A DNA stretch of 64,000 bases from contig NW_024704743.1 in the NCBI RefSeq assembly GCF_018977255.1, forward strand, positions 106,208,001 to 106,272,000, written 5' to 3'. Under the pieces are notes generated by a model that worked only from the letters and a program-made list of their open reading frames with translations, was not told where the DNA came from and did no database searches. Shown here piece after piece: positions 37,899-49,895 of the stretch; the stretch's first letter is position 1, and each line of letters opens with the position of its first letter. Source of the DNA: Callorhinchus milii (taxonomy: Eukaryota). A program made the translations under genes and the position numbers.

Positions 37899-39332
37899 AT
37901 ATATAGGATGGAGCATGTTGGATAGAGCAAAAGTAGCATTTATAAGGTACAATGACAATATTGATGGGGAAAAAGAGGACAATAGGAGGAGCACAGGGGA
38001 ATTTTTGTTTCTAATAATTTTTTTTTAACATTTTGTTTAGTTGTTTAGGATTACCATTATTGTAAATAAAGCTATTCCCAAGGTTGGAATAAATCACTGT
38101 ATTGGTAGCATAGTATTCTTTCAGCACCATTCAGTATGAGTGTACATTGTACATTGAAAATATACAAAACTGCTTGGCCCACAGAGGTGGGAGTTTGCCA
38201 CAAGTGAATTGAGGAGGACCATGCTGTGCTGCTGTAATCCTTATCCTATATCACCATGGCTATATGGAATAGGATAGCCATAGTACTGTGGTGACTTTAG
38301 AATGCAGCTAAATCATGACCTTATCCCTCACATCATTTTCAAAACAGCAGAAAGTTGCAATTAATTCCCCTTCCCACAGTGCTGAAGGTTAGGTATTCAA
38401 GTCACAGGGCTGCTCTTACCCATGTGTCTCAGATAGACTGCCAGAGTCAAAGATCTTGGAGATTTTAAAATAAAAAAAAATCCCAGTTTGCTGACCATTT
38501 CATCTTCGCATGGTAGTATTGTAGCACTGACAGATCAGATTGATATTGAGTGTGAATCAGTCATTGTCCTCTCCTAGTTATGGAAAGATTTGTGATATGA
38601 AGACGACTGTGCATTGGAGGAAACGGGAGTAAAAAAAATAGCCTGTTTGGTTCCACGTGAAATGTCCACAAAGGATATGAATGCTCATTCTCTCATACTA
38701 AATTATTTCCACATCACATAACAGCAAATTCACAATGTCACAAACAGCCTGTTTTTAACCATTAGGACAAGAATACTCAGTTGTATTGCTGCCGCTGTTT
38801 TTTACACTCATTGTTTTAGTGAAGCAAAGAGGCGGCACATCTGTCTGAGAGAAATTGATTTTAATGCCTCGGCTGTATGCCAGATGTAAGTGTTAGCTCA
38901 TCATGCAGCACATTCTTTGTGAAATTTGGGTTGCTGCTGTGAAATGTACTTGATTGTAGTGTTAGTTTAATAATTTCAGGAAAGAATGGATAGGCATTAT
39001 GGCACCACAGTCAGTCCAGGGCCTGGTTGATTGTTATTGTTAGATCCGTGAAAGTAGTGCTATGAGATATTGGGGTCTCATTTGCAGTTTGAGCTGCCAA
39101 TTCTTTTGCAAAATGCATAAGTTGTGCACAAAGTGTGCAGAAGAACAAACTTACATTTGGTGCAATTAACTATCTTAATGAAATGGATTATTGCTGATTC
39201 TTTGGTCCTTTCCAGTGATTGTAATTATGATTAAAGATCCTGTATACATTTGCACATGGTTAACCCAGCCCCCAAACCTTGTCCATGTTTTATTAACCCA
39301 ATCTGTAAATTAGACTGATACTGCATCTGAGG

Positions 39333-39775
39333 GTCTGTTTGGCTCAGTTGGTAACACTCTTGCTTCTGAGTCAGAAGTCTATGGATTCAAGCCCCACATT
39401 GAGACTCAGAACTCATAGTTTAGCCTGATACAACAAGGTAGGGATGGGGAAGGTACCACATAGTCGGAGGTGCCGTCCTTTGGATGAGATGTTAAACCAT
39501 GGCCCATCTGCCTGTTCGGGTGGATGTTAAAGCTCCCACAGTACTACAGTATTCAAAAAGAGAATGGAATTTCTCCTGTTGTCCTGGTCAGTAAACCCCC
39601 ATATAAAATTGTTAATTTGCTTAATAGCTGCTTGTGGGACACTGCTGTGCGCAAATTGACGGCTGCATCAGCTTTTAAAATTCACAGTCATTACACATTT
39701 AAGTATATCCTGTGAAGCATGTTGATTCGTTATACGATGTGATAAGACACTATAACAAATGGAAGTTTTATTATT
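39333..39775 (+). mobile_element. Older Deu-domain SINE
   Basis: ggctcagttggtaacactcttgcttctgagtcagaag head and gtgggacactgctgtgcgcaaattg 3' region. Confidence 0.75.
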
Positions 39776-42034
39776 GTAAGTATAGGTGTCTTCCTCTGAA
39801 AAGAAGTGAAAAGGAAAATACTGAATGCCAGAATAGAAAGTGCTGGTAAAAGCCTTTTAGTATCTGCAAAAGGACATTTTGTTAGTATTTTGGGTCTGAC
39901 TTTTAATTCTGAAATCATAGTAACAGGGCAAAAGCAGAGACTAGTATGCTTCACCAGACTTTCATCTCTGTAGATAAGAGATGGAGCCCCAAACTGTGTC
40001 GATCTGCATTGCTCAATATCTCACTGTAAATAATAACCCTGATTTTTTTAAAACCTTTTTCATACTTCCCCTGCAGATTGTTGCTGTTTATTAAAATAAA
40101 AGAATCCTTGACCTTTTTTTCCTCTTACTAGTTTTGATTTTGCCATCAGAGATGCTAGCATCTTGTGTTGTGTTGTGTTGAAGCAAATGGATCGAATACA
40201 AATAATTACAGTAGAATTAGTTGTCCAACTAAGGACTTGGCTATTCATTTTATCTTCCGTGACATGTATAACAGCACAAGTGCTTTAGTCCTTGATTGAG
40301 TACATTTACACTAATGGATGTTTCCTGTATATATTAAAAAGCTTAATCGGTGTCTGATGCTCAATGCTGTCTTTCAGAAGTGACTTTGTGAAACTATAAT
40401 ATGACTTTGGTGTAACAAAGACTACTGTAGGCCAGTCCTCAGTCGGTTGGACTAGTAATTGCTTTATTCATTTAATGAACATGTACCCAGAGGGCATGCT
40501 GCTCTTTATAAATTATATAAAAACTAAAGAGTAACTAAAATATTGATCATAGCAATCTATACAAGCAGAATGATCACTAAAGTAAAATCTGTCTGTAACT
40601 GCAGTGGATGTCAATGTCTTGTAATAATAATAAATTGTTCACTCAATCCATGACTGTTTGTGGGACACTGCTGTGTGCAATTTCATTGCTGCTGCATTTC
40701 GCCCACACAAAAAAAACAATCGGCTGCTTGACATGAAATGTTCAGCGCTTGAACTTACAGTGAAAGAAGCCTCACCTCCGAAGGACAGGTTTGGTATGAC
40801 CTCAGCCACTTAAATTATGATTCTTTTCCAAATGTTTCTTCTATCTATTTAGAACAATGGGATTGAAAATAAGCCTTGGCAAATCACAAGTCACTGCTTT
40901 AAGAATAACCTTTGAGAGTTGCTAAGAAATTCAATAAACCAACTTTTTCAATGTTGATACTGATCTATCTCCAATTCCATGCTCCACAAGTGAATTAACA
41001 GTGATTTTTCTCAGTTCTCTTAATGTTCAATTAGGAAATTTGGTGGATTTCTCCCTAACCTGGGGTACTAAGGTTAATTTAAGTACCCACAGAGCCATCC
41101 TGGCTGAGCTTAAGTAAACTAAATAAGCTTAACTTTGGAGCTAACCAATATAAGATGTTTCAAAATATTGACGAAATCCATGAGGGATAAAGTATGGAAT
41201 TGGGGTCAAGGCTCATGTGGTATAATGCAAATGTTTGATTATTGCACGGAGGATATGGGTCAGTCTCTTGCCAAAATTCAGGCGATACCAAACCTAACCA
41301 GTAAAAAAAAATAACCCTTGCATTTAATATTTCACATCAGGAGGATGTCTTTGTTTCTGCTTTTGACACTCACAGCGCACTTTCTTCATTTTGATACTCA
41401 CTTGTCAGCCTGTATAAAAAATAGACTATAAAAGGGCCCTGGTAGCAGATTGCCATCAATGTTGCAACACAAAAGATTAATAGGTTTAAAGTAGTAGAGG
41501 TTTGTGTTTGTCAGACACAAGGACCAGCTCCACAGCTAGTCCCAAACCTGGTGGTCCAAAAGAGACTGCTCGAAAATCAAGCAGCAACGCCAACCAAAGA
41601 TGCCAGGTTAGACTGGAAGAGACTATATTGCCTGGAAGAGTCAGAACATAGCTTCAAATAGTGAGTAGCTTAAAATCCTTTTTGAATTCCGTCCATATAT
41701 CCATAGAAATTTACAACACAGAAAAAGACTCATTTATGTTTGCTGGGTCTTCAAATGAGTTATCCATTCAGTTCCATTTACCTACCTTGTCCCTCATTCC
41801 CCTGCAAATTCCTCTCCTGCTGGACTCAAATTCTGCCTCCAGAACGGCAGATCTCACTAAACCCGGTGCCTGAACATTTCAAAATGGCTCCACAACATTC
41901 CTGATGGTTACATGGAAAGTATGAATTTTTATGGGTGTGGAGAAAAGGTAGTGAAATGGGATTAAACAATCTGCCACAAACTAATAAATTGACGCAGCAG
42001 ACTTGGTGGACTGTATGGCCTCCTGTACCTAATA

Positions 42035-42235
42035 CAAAAACCAATAATAAATTGGTTACTTCAATCCACGATTGTTTGTGGGACACTGATGTGCGCAATT
42101 GGCTGCCGCGATTCATCCACAAATCTACAGTCAATTCACTTTACAGTATGTTCCGTGAAGCACTTTGAGATGTCTAAAAGACGTGAAAAGCGCTATATCA
42201 AATGCAAAGATTATTTTATTATTATTATTTATTAT
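42035..42235 (+). mobile_element. 3' half of young SINE
   Basis: aataataaattgg...gtgcgcaattggctgccgcg...aatgcaaagattatt. Confidence 0.8.
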
Positions 42236-43364
42236 AAACAAATGGTCTCTTGATTCTCTTAATATTGCAGCTTTAATATTGTTTAATTGTGATCATTCTT
42301 TGTCTCTCAACAACAGGCTTTATTACATAAGAAGCAGACAGGAAATTCTTAGTCATGTCTGACTCAAGCTACATATGGGTTGTAGGCAGAGGTTAAAATC
42401 ATGAAAAACTGTTCACAAAATAAAAACGTTTTTACAACCCCCACAATTTATTTTTAGATGGTTTAAAGTTTTTCTATTATATATATACACATACACACAC
42501 ACACAAACACGGCTCACTCTGAACTGGAGACTTTCTATCACATGTCTACTTCTGACCAGCTTCAGGGACCAGTGGTCCCAACTGAGTTTTCCTCCTGTCA
42601 GCTGAGGATCAAATCTGAGTCTGAGCAGTCCATTTCTGGCAAACACAACAGGAGTTTGCAGAACAGAAAGTGAATTAATTAAATGGTCTCAGATGATCAG
42701 GACTGACTGTTCACTTTGAAGTAACTAACGCCAAAGTGGACTTTCAAATTGTACATTGACCCTGTGTTGGGAGAAATAAGGCAGTCCCACTGATCCTTAT
42801 TGATCACCAATTTCACTATCTTAAAAGCCAATAAAGCAATAAAACATGAGATTATGCTGAACTACAAATAATTGCTCTCTAAAGATAGGAAGATGGAGCA
42901 AAGTTAATCATAGGGCAGTGCCTCCTAGTCAAGGGGTGGGAACTCACTGTGTGCCATAGTGTTTCAAATCTTGCTAAAATTGTAAAGTTATTGTAAAATG
43001 TTAATTGGTGATTGCAGAGCAGTGATTCATTTTAACAGATGATTATAGGTTAGGATAGTAACAACACAGTGCCTCATATGTGACAGTACACAATGTTCCC
43101 AACTGTATTCCTGAGGCTCTCACACACCTCCAGCTTGCAAGACAGCAACATTGATAATACAGCTGGAAAGCTATCAAACCTTCCCAGATAAGTGCTTCAT
43201 GTGATGCTGGAGGATGGAGGTGGTTGAGAGAAAGGAGAAAATCATTAAAAAAAATTAAAGCAAAAAGTGATTTAATTTCAGAATGTACAGGACTGTTCTG
43301 CTGCTTCAGAACAGCTTCAGGAAAGCAGTTTTCCGGTTACATTTGCAATAGAATTTTTTTAGCA

Positions 43365-43760
43365 CTTCAGCTTGGCTCAGTTGATAGCCCCTGAGCCAAA
43401 GGGTGTAGATTCAAATCCTCTGAGTGGATTTGAATCTGGGTTAACACTCCAGAGCAGCACTGGGGAAGTGCAGGATTGCAATGTCAGAGGTGCTGTCTTT
43501 CAGATAAGACATTGAATTGAACTTCTGCATGTTCATGTAAAACTTAAAAATCCTTTAATGCTTTTTGGAAAAAAGAAGTTAGTTTTCTTGTCGACAGTAG
43601 TCCAGATTAATTGGTCATTCACCTCAAGGCTGTTGTTGAACCACGATAGTGCAAAAGACTGCTGTGCTTGCCTACAAAAATAACAGTCAATGCACTTGAA
43701 GATAAACAGTTGTAAAGTGTTTTTCGTTGTGATAAGTCACTTAAAAAATGCAAGTATTTT
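43365..43760 (+). mobile_element. Degenerate older Deu-domain SINE
   Basis: cagcttggctcagttgatagc head, gaggtgctgtctttcagataagac, and tail aaatgcaagt. Confidence 0.6.
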
Positions 43761-44851
43761 CTTTTCTAGCTTTAAAATTGATTGCTGCATCTTTTAATAA
43801 CCAGAGCCTTTTAGTTTCCAAGTCAACAGTTGGATTTTCAAGCCTCAGGGTTGGTACAGATTAATTCCATTATCGGAACATGGTATTTTTGTTCATAAGT
43901 GCTCTGACTGACTGTGTCAAAGAGTTCTTTTGCTCTATTGCCACATCCAACGACAGCTTCTGCAGGTTTGTTCCTGACCTGTGCCCACTGTTGCCTTTCC
44001 ACCAAGCCTGACATCAAAGCGTTTGAAGATTGTTTCAGCCTTGCCAGGCAGACACAAGAATGATTGAAGAGTTCCAACAATGGCTGTGTTCAATGAACAA
44101 CCTCCAGATGTACGTGAAGCTGCCGAGCTGGATTCCCAATCAATATAAATAGGAAAAGAACTCCCATCTATGGTACAATATTGCAGTAGATCTCATAACT
44201 TGACAGCTTCAGCTAACCTCAGTTCACCTGCAAATACAGTCACTACAGTTAATCTCATAAATTCCTTTGAGACAGCCTCCTGTTGTGAAAGGCATTGTAT
44301 CAAATGCAGTGAGAACTATTATTATTTTAGTGCTGTAGGCTTTATAATATGTTGCTTAACCACTACCTCCTCAGGTTACAGACACCGTGTTAACAGTAAT
44401 CTTTTAATGAATCCTCGCTTGAATTGATTATGGATAATACATGTAAGGAGTCACAGACATGTGAAAGTGCATAATAACCTAACAAGTCATTTGTGGAGAT
44501 TAAGTAGCATCCTTTTGCCTGTTAAGGATACTCTTAATGAAAAATTGAAATATGCATCTCATTGTAGTTGGGAAATAATCAGCATTTGAATGAAAGTGCC
44601 TATGAATAGCTCTGATCTAAAAAGCCATGATCTGTGAGCTTTGAGTTTTATTACTGGAGCTATAGCAATGACCGAAAAATCCAGGAAAATATTTTTCAAT
44701 TCAAAGTAATATATTGAACAAATAGCTCAGGAATAATAATTCAATTATTATTGCTATTTACTCCCTCATTATTATTATTTAACCTGCATGGTTAGAGGTG
44801 AATCAGTGTGATTATAACAGCAATTCTCAGATGCGATTATATTAATAAGAG

Positions 44852-45586
44852 GAATAATCCTTGCATTTGATATAGCACCTTTACGCGTTATCTAGACATC
44901 TCAAAGCGCTTCACAGAATATACTGTAAAGTAAATTGACTGTATCTTTTGTGGGCGAAACACAGCAGCCAGCATGCACAGCAGTGTCCCACAAACAGTCG
45001 TGAATTATGTGACCAAATTATTATTATTTTTTGAAGGAATTATTACCCCCAGAAAATCGATCTGCCAGTTGACTAACAATCGAGTTCCTACTTACTACTA
45101 GGTAAACAGCGGCGTGTGGAGTAATCTTTTACTTGTGCTCAAATCTCTTCACTCCCTTCACCGCCCTACCTCTCCAACCTCCTCACTCTCCACCACCCGG
45201 CCCCTCCACTTGACTGGCACCAGCCTCCTGCTCATCCCTTACACCTTCCGCCCCACCATTGGAGGTCGCACTTTAAGTCACTACCACCCCGAAACTCTGA
45301 AACACTCTTCCCTCAATCCCTCTGCCTTGCCCCCTCTATCCTCTTTTTTTAAGTTCCGCCTGAAAACCTTCCTCTTCGACCCTGCTTACTTTACGGCCTC
45401 CTCCCCCCCACCCCCCCGGCTTGGAGTCAGGCTCCGCCACTGTTAAGTCCCCTAGAGATGCTACCCTGCATAGAGGGCACTATATAAGTGTAAGTTGTTG
45501 TTGTCATTGAGTAAGGAAACTTGCCCAGCGTTTCGCCCTGCCAGGAATCAAATCGAGGTCCTTTAACCACAAAGGTGCAGGACTCC
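44852..45586 (-). mobile_element. Long-variant SINE interrupted by an L2 3' fragment (45125-45508, +)
   Basis: SINE halves are joined by TSD gagtaa (45119-45124 and 45509-45514). The insert encodes RPTIGGRT...FKFRLKTFLFD and ends in (TTG)n. Confidence 0.85.
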
Positions 45587-46731
45587 ATTGAGCTAGAGAC
45601 AATCATGCTAGAGCATTACTTCTGACACCATTTGGAGGCGGAGGCTTGAGAAACTACGCGATTCAGTACACACCCACTGCAGTACAAACATGATCGGTGC
45701 ACATCTAGCTGGACTTGCTTTTTCTGTACGGTTGAAAACTGTTTGCACAGACTAGTGCAATCTCAAAGGACAGATTCTTTTTAAATTTTGGGATGAGTCA
45801 CTCCAAAATTTAAATTCTGCTGTCCTCCCAACGTGAAAGACGCTATTCAGATGTAATTTCTTCTTGTTGTTGTCACGCAGTAACATTTTAAAAAAAGATC
45901 TGATTCTGAAATGTTTCAGTGCTGCTTAATAGGATCTGTGGGGGGAAATGTGTGATGTTTCATAATGCCAACCTTGTGACAATCACAAAGAACATGCTGC
46001 TAAACATCCCAGGTTTTACCCCTTTGTTCCTTAATGTGATCTGTAGTGGGAAGTGTAAATTAGCCTCACACTTTGCATCACTTTATACTATATTAGAAGC
46101 AAAGTTGCTTTCCTTACAACAGATTGAACACAGTAGTACAAATGACATTAAGATGTATTATTTTCCTAGTGTTTCAGCATTCAGTAAATAATTCAAAATG
46201 CTTAAGGTTTTACTTTGTATTAGGTGTCAGCCTGGCTCAGTTTTAGCACGTTTGCCTCCGAGTAAGAAGGTTGTGAGTTCAATTCCCGGGTCAGGATGTT
46301 GGATTCACATAGTTTAGGCTAATGTTCCAGTGCAGTGCTGGAGGTGCACTCATTGTCTGAGGTGCCATCCTTCAGATAAGGCATTGTCCTAAATCATCAT
46401 ACCTTTAAAGCAATTTATGTCATGAATGTAGCTATCCAGCTGAACTCCACCTCTTACTGTAGTTTGTATGAGTTGGGGATTGGAACATTGCTTTGATCAT
46501 CTCTGTTGTGTCACCAGTGATTAGCATCAACTGTCTCCTGAAAGTCAGCCGGTTATACAGTGAATTCAGCACAACCATCACATCCACGCGTGAATTTGCT
46601 TCTTAGTATGCAGTTTCAGGATTTACTACTCTCAAAGTTGGTTTCTATACTCTGTTTCTCCACTCAGTCTCCACAGACAGACTGACTCTAAGCTTTATGA
46701 ACACACGTTAGGAACCTAACATTGTGTTCAC

Positions 46732-47944
46732 TACAACAACAACAAAATTACATTTATAGAGCGCCTTTCACGTCGGGAGGACGTCCCAAAGCGCTGAACA
46801 GTCAGATGTTGGGGCCCGAGCATGGGGGAAGGGTAGCGTAGGGTTGAAGGAAGGCAGAGAAGTGGGAGGGCAACTAGAGGCATGATTAAAGAGAAGGGTC
46901 TTGAGACCGGCTTTGAAGGAGGCAAGGGAGGAAGCGAGGCGAAGGGACTGAGGGATGGAGTTCCAGAGCATGGGGGCAGAGAAGCTGAAAGCTTGGCCAC
47001 CGATGGTAGGGCCGGTCGAGCGGGAGACAGGGAGCAGACCGGAGCTCGCTGAATGAAGGGAGTGGGCAGATTGGTAGGGAGTTAGCAGGTCAGAGAGATA
47101 GGAGGGGCAAGGCCATGGATGGCCTTGAAAGTGAGGATGAGGATCTTGAACTCGATCCTCTGAGGAATGGGGAGTCAGTGGAGTCGGGCGAGGGTGGGAG
47201 TGATGAGGTCACGGAGCCTGGTGCGCGAGAGTAGACAAGCTGCAGAGTTTTGGATGATCTGCAGCTTGTGAAGGGAAGAGTTGGGAAGGTCGATGAGGAG
47301 GGAGTTTCCGTAATTGAGCCTTGATGTGATGAATGCGTGGCCAGCAGCCTGAGGGGTGAGGCAGTGGCGGAGTCTGGCAATGTTGCGGAGGTGGTGGTAG
47401 GCAGTGCCGGTCATGGCACGGATGTGGGGGAGAAAGGACAATTCAGGGTCAAACAAGACACCCAGGTTCTTGACTGACTTAGTGAGGTTGAGTGTGCAGC
47501 CAGTGAGGCTGATGCTGCCAGCGCCTGAGGTGCAGAGGTGCTGGCGCAAGCCAGTCAGGAGGGCCTCGGTCTTGCTGACATTGAGTTGGAGAAAGTTGTT
47601 CCTCATCCAGGACTTGATGTCAGACAGGCAGACGGTCAGGACATCAGTAGTCCTGGAGTTTAGGATGGAGGCAGAGAGGCAGAGTTGGGTGTCATCCGCA
47701 TACATGTGGAAATTTATATGTCTGTGGATGACGTCACCAAGGGGGAGCATGTAGAGGGTGAAGAGGAGGGGTCCGAGGGCAGAGCCCTGAGGAACACGCA
47801 CAAGACAGTGCAGGGGCTGGAGGAGAAGCCATTTGCCGCGATGAAGTGGAGGCGATGTGAAAGGTAGGACCTGAACCAGTCAAGGACAGAACCTTGAAGG
47901 TTGAAGTGGGAGGAGAGGCGGTGGAGGAGGATTGAATGGTCCAC
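46732..47944 (-). mobile_element. L2 LINE, 5'-truncated, with RT core
   Basis: VPQGSALGPLLFTLYMLPLG...FHMYADDTQL...WMRNNFLQLNVSKTE...KNLGVLFDPELSF. (TTG)n tail. Confidence 0.95.
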
Positions 47945-48735
47945 GGACTAGAGACATTTGTTTTGTGTTAATGGGTGCACATGATGTGACACACACATTG
48001 AAGCAATGTTTGATGAACAAGAGTTTAAATGTGCAGATCTAAAGAAATGTTTACAGGAAAAGGTTTAGAATATGGGTTAACGAAACACAACCGAATAAGC
48101 TTTTTTATTGATAATTAAAGATATTGTTGAATGGACACAGTAATGTGCAGAATTAGATGCAAATAATGCCCTAATCTGCCTCATTTACCCTGATCTGTAT
48201 TGGGACTAAGCATATCCTTCCAGGTGTAATGCAGCATATATGCAAGCTGCTGATTGAAATAACCTCAAACAATTCCAAACACAGCTGCAGGCAGTAAAGT
48301 TTTAATTTAAAGAGAAAACCAAAGTGCTTTACAGGCTTATGTTTTTTATTCTATTTCATATCTATTTTTGCAGCATAATTGGCACATCGTTGTACAGCGG
48401 ATGAAAGGAATTGTCATTCCATGTTGATAGGAATGCTTTCTGAAAACAACAATTAATGCAGTTTTATTGCACTATTGCTATCTGTTGGAAATCATTAATT
48501 GCTGGGAGGGTTTCAAAAGATGCAGAGATGGAAGTACACTGTTCTAATGCAGTTTTCCTTTGGAGCAAAGTTCCTGCAGGTCAATGGGAATTCTAATGGG
48601 ATTCTTTATTGAGGAATTTGGTTGAGAAAATGGCAAATTAGAGCCTGACAATTCTGAAAAACATATTATTACCTGGAAACAATTTATGTTAACTAACAGT
48701 GTTCCATATCTGTGCTTGTACTGTGTTTTAATCTT

Positions 48736-49895
48736 TTCTAACTTCCACAAGTATGCAGATGACACCCAAATCTACTTTTCCTCATCCAGGCACAACCCCA
48801 GGTGCACCGATGTTCTGTTTGCTTACTTGTCAGCCGTAAAGGCCTGGATGAGCACCAATATTTTGCAGTTAACAAAAACAGAAGGCGCTGGGAACACTCA
48901 ATAGGTCAGGCAGCATCTATGGAGAAAGGAAAGTGAATCCCCGTTTCTGGTCCGTGAACCTTCATCTCTGTTCTGACGAAGGGACCCAAAATGTTGACTC
49001 ACTTTCCTTTCTCCATAGATGCTCTCTGACCTACTGAGTGTTCCCAGCGACTTCTGTTTTTGTTTCAGATTTCCAGCATCTGCAGTATTTCGCGTTTTGT
49101 TTTGAAGTTAAATGTTGACAAGTCGGAAGGTAACCTCTTTGGCTCTGTCAATGTCTTCTCATCTGTGGCTATAACCTCCTTAACCTCCCTGGCCTATCCC
49201 TCAGACGTACTGAAGCTTTGTGCAATCTAGGCTTCAAGTTAATTTCCCAGCTGCCTTCCTACCCCACTTCTGGTCCACGACCAGGATTGCTTTCCTTCAC
49301 CTCTGCCACATTGCCTGCTTCCAACTGTATCTCACAATTAACGCAGTCCGAAACCCTTATTCACATATTCAGCACTTCCTGTCTCGATTTTTTTCAATAC
49401 CCTCCTCACCAGTCTCCCTAGCTCCACCATTCATAAAATACAATTATTTCAAAATGAATTAATTAATTCCTCACCTGTACTAAACTCCATACACCCCATC
49501 ACCCCAGACTCCACTGGCTACCTATTGCAGAAAGGATTGATTTCAAGATCCTCACTCTCGTGTCCAAATCATTTCATCCCCTGGCACCATCCTACCTCTC
49601 CACCCCATTCCTCTAACTGTCCCCTTCGTTCAGCTGACTTCAATCTCCGACATGTCCTCACCCCCTCATCTTCATCATCAGCGGCCATGCTTTCAGTCAG
49701 TAAACCCTAATCCTCTGAACCTCCTTGCCTCAATCTTGCCTTGCCCCTCCTTGCTTGTCTTCGGGTCACACCTGAAGACCTTCCTTTTCAACCATACCTA
49801 GGGTCAGGCCCCTCTCTCCCAGGCTCGGCATCACTCTCCATCACTGTTAAGCACTCCAATGTTACCCTGTGTGAAGGGTGTTCTATAAAGGCAAA
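48736..49895 (+). mobile_element. Old L2 LINE fragment interrupted by a palindromic element
   Basis: FHKYADDTQIY...VKAWMSTNILQL, resuming after 49100 as LNVDKSE. Further L2 motifs continue to the tail at ~49890. Confidence 0.8.
48871..49099. mobile_element. Palindromic non-autonomous element, probably Penelope-like terminal repeats in inverted arrangement
   Basis: ~69-bp inverted arms at 48871-48939 and 48996-49064. Flanking direct repeat ttttg(c/a)agttaa at 48861-48872 and 49100-49111. Central ctgacga...(g)aaa core. Confidence 0.7.

Noticed and set aside
38120..38140. ttcagcacc, the left half of a REST/RE1 site
   Set aside because: The right half (GGACAG) is absent.
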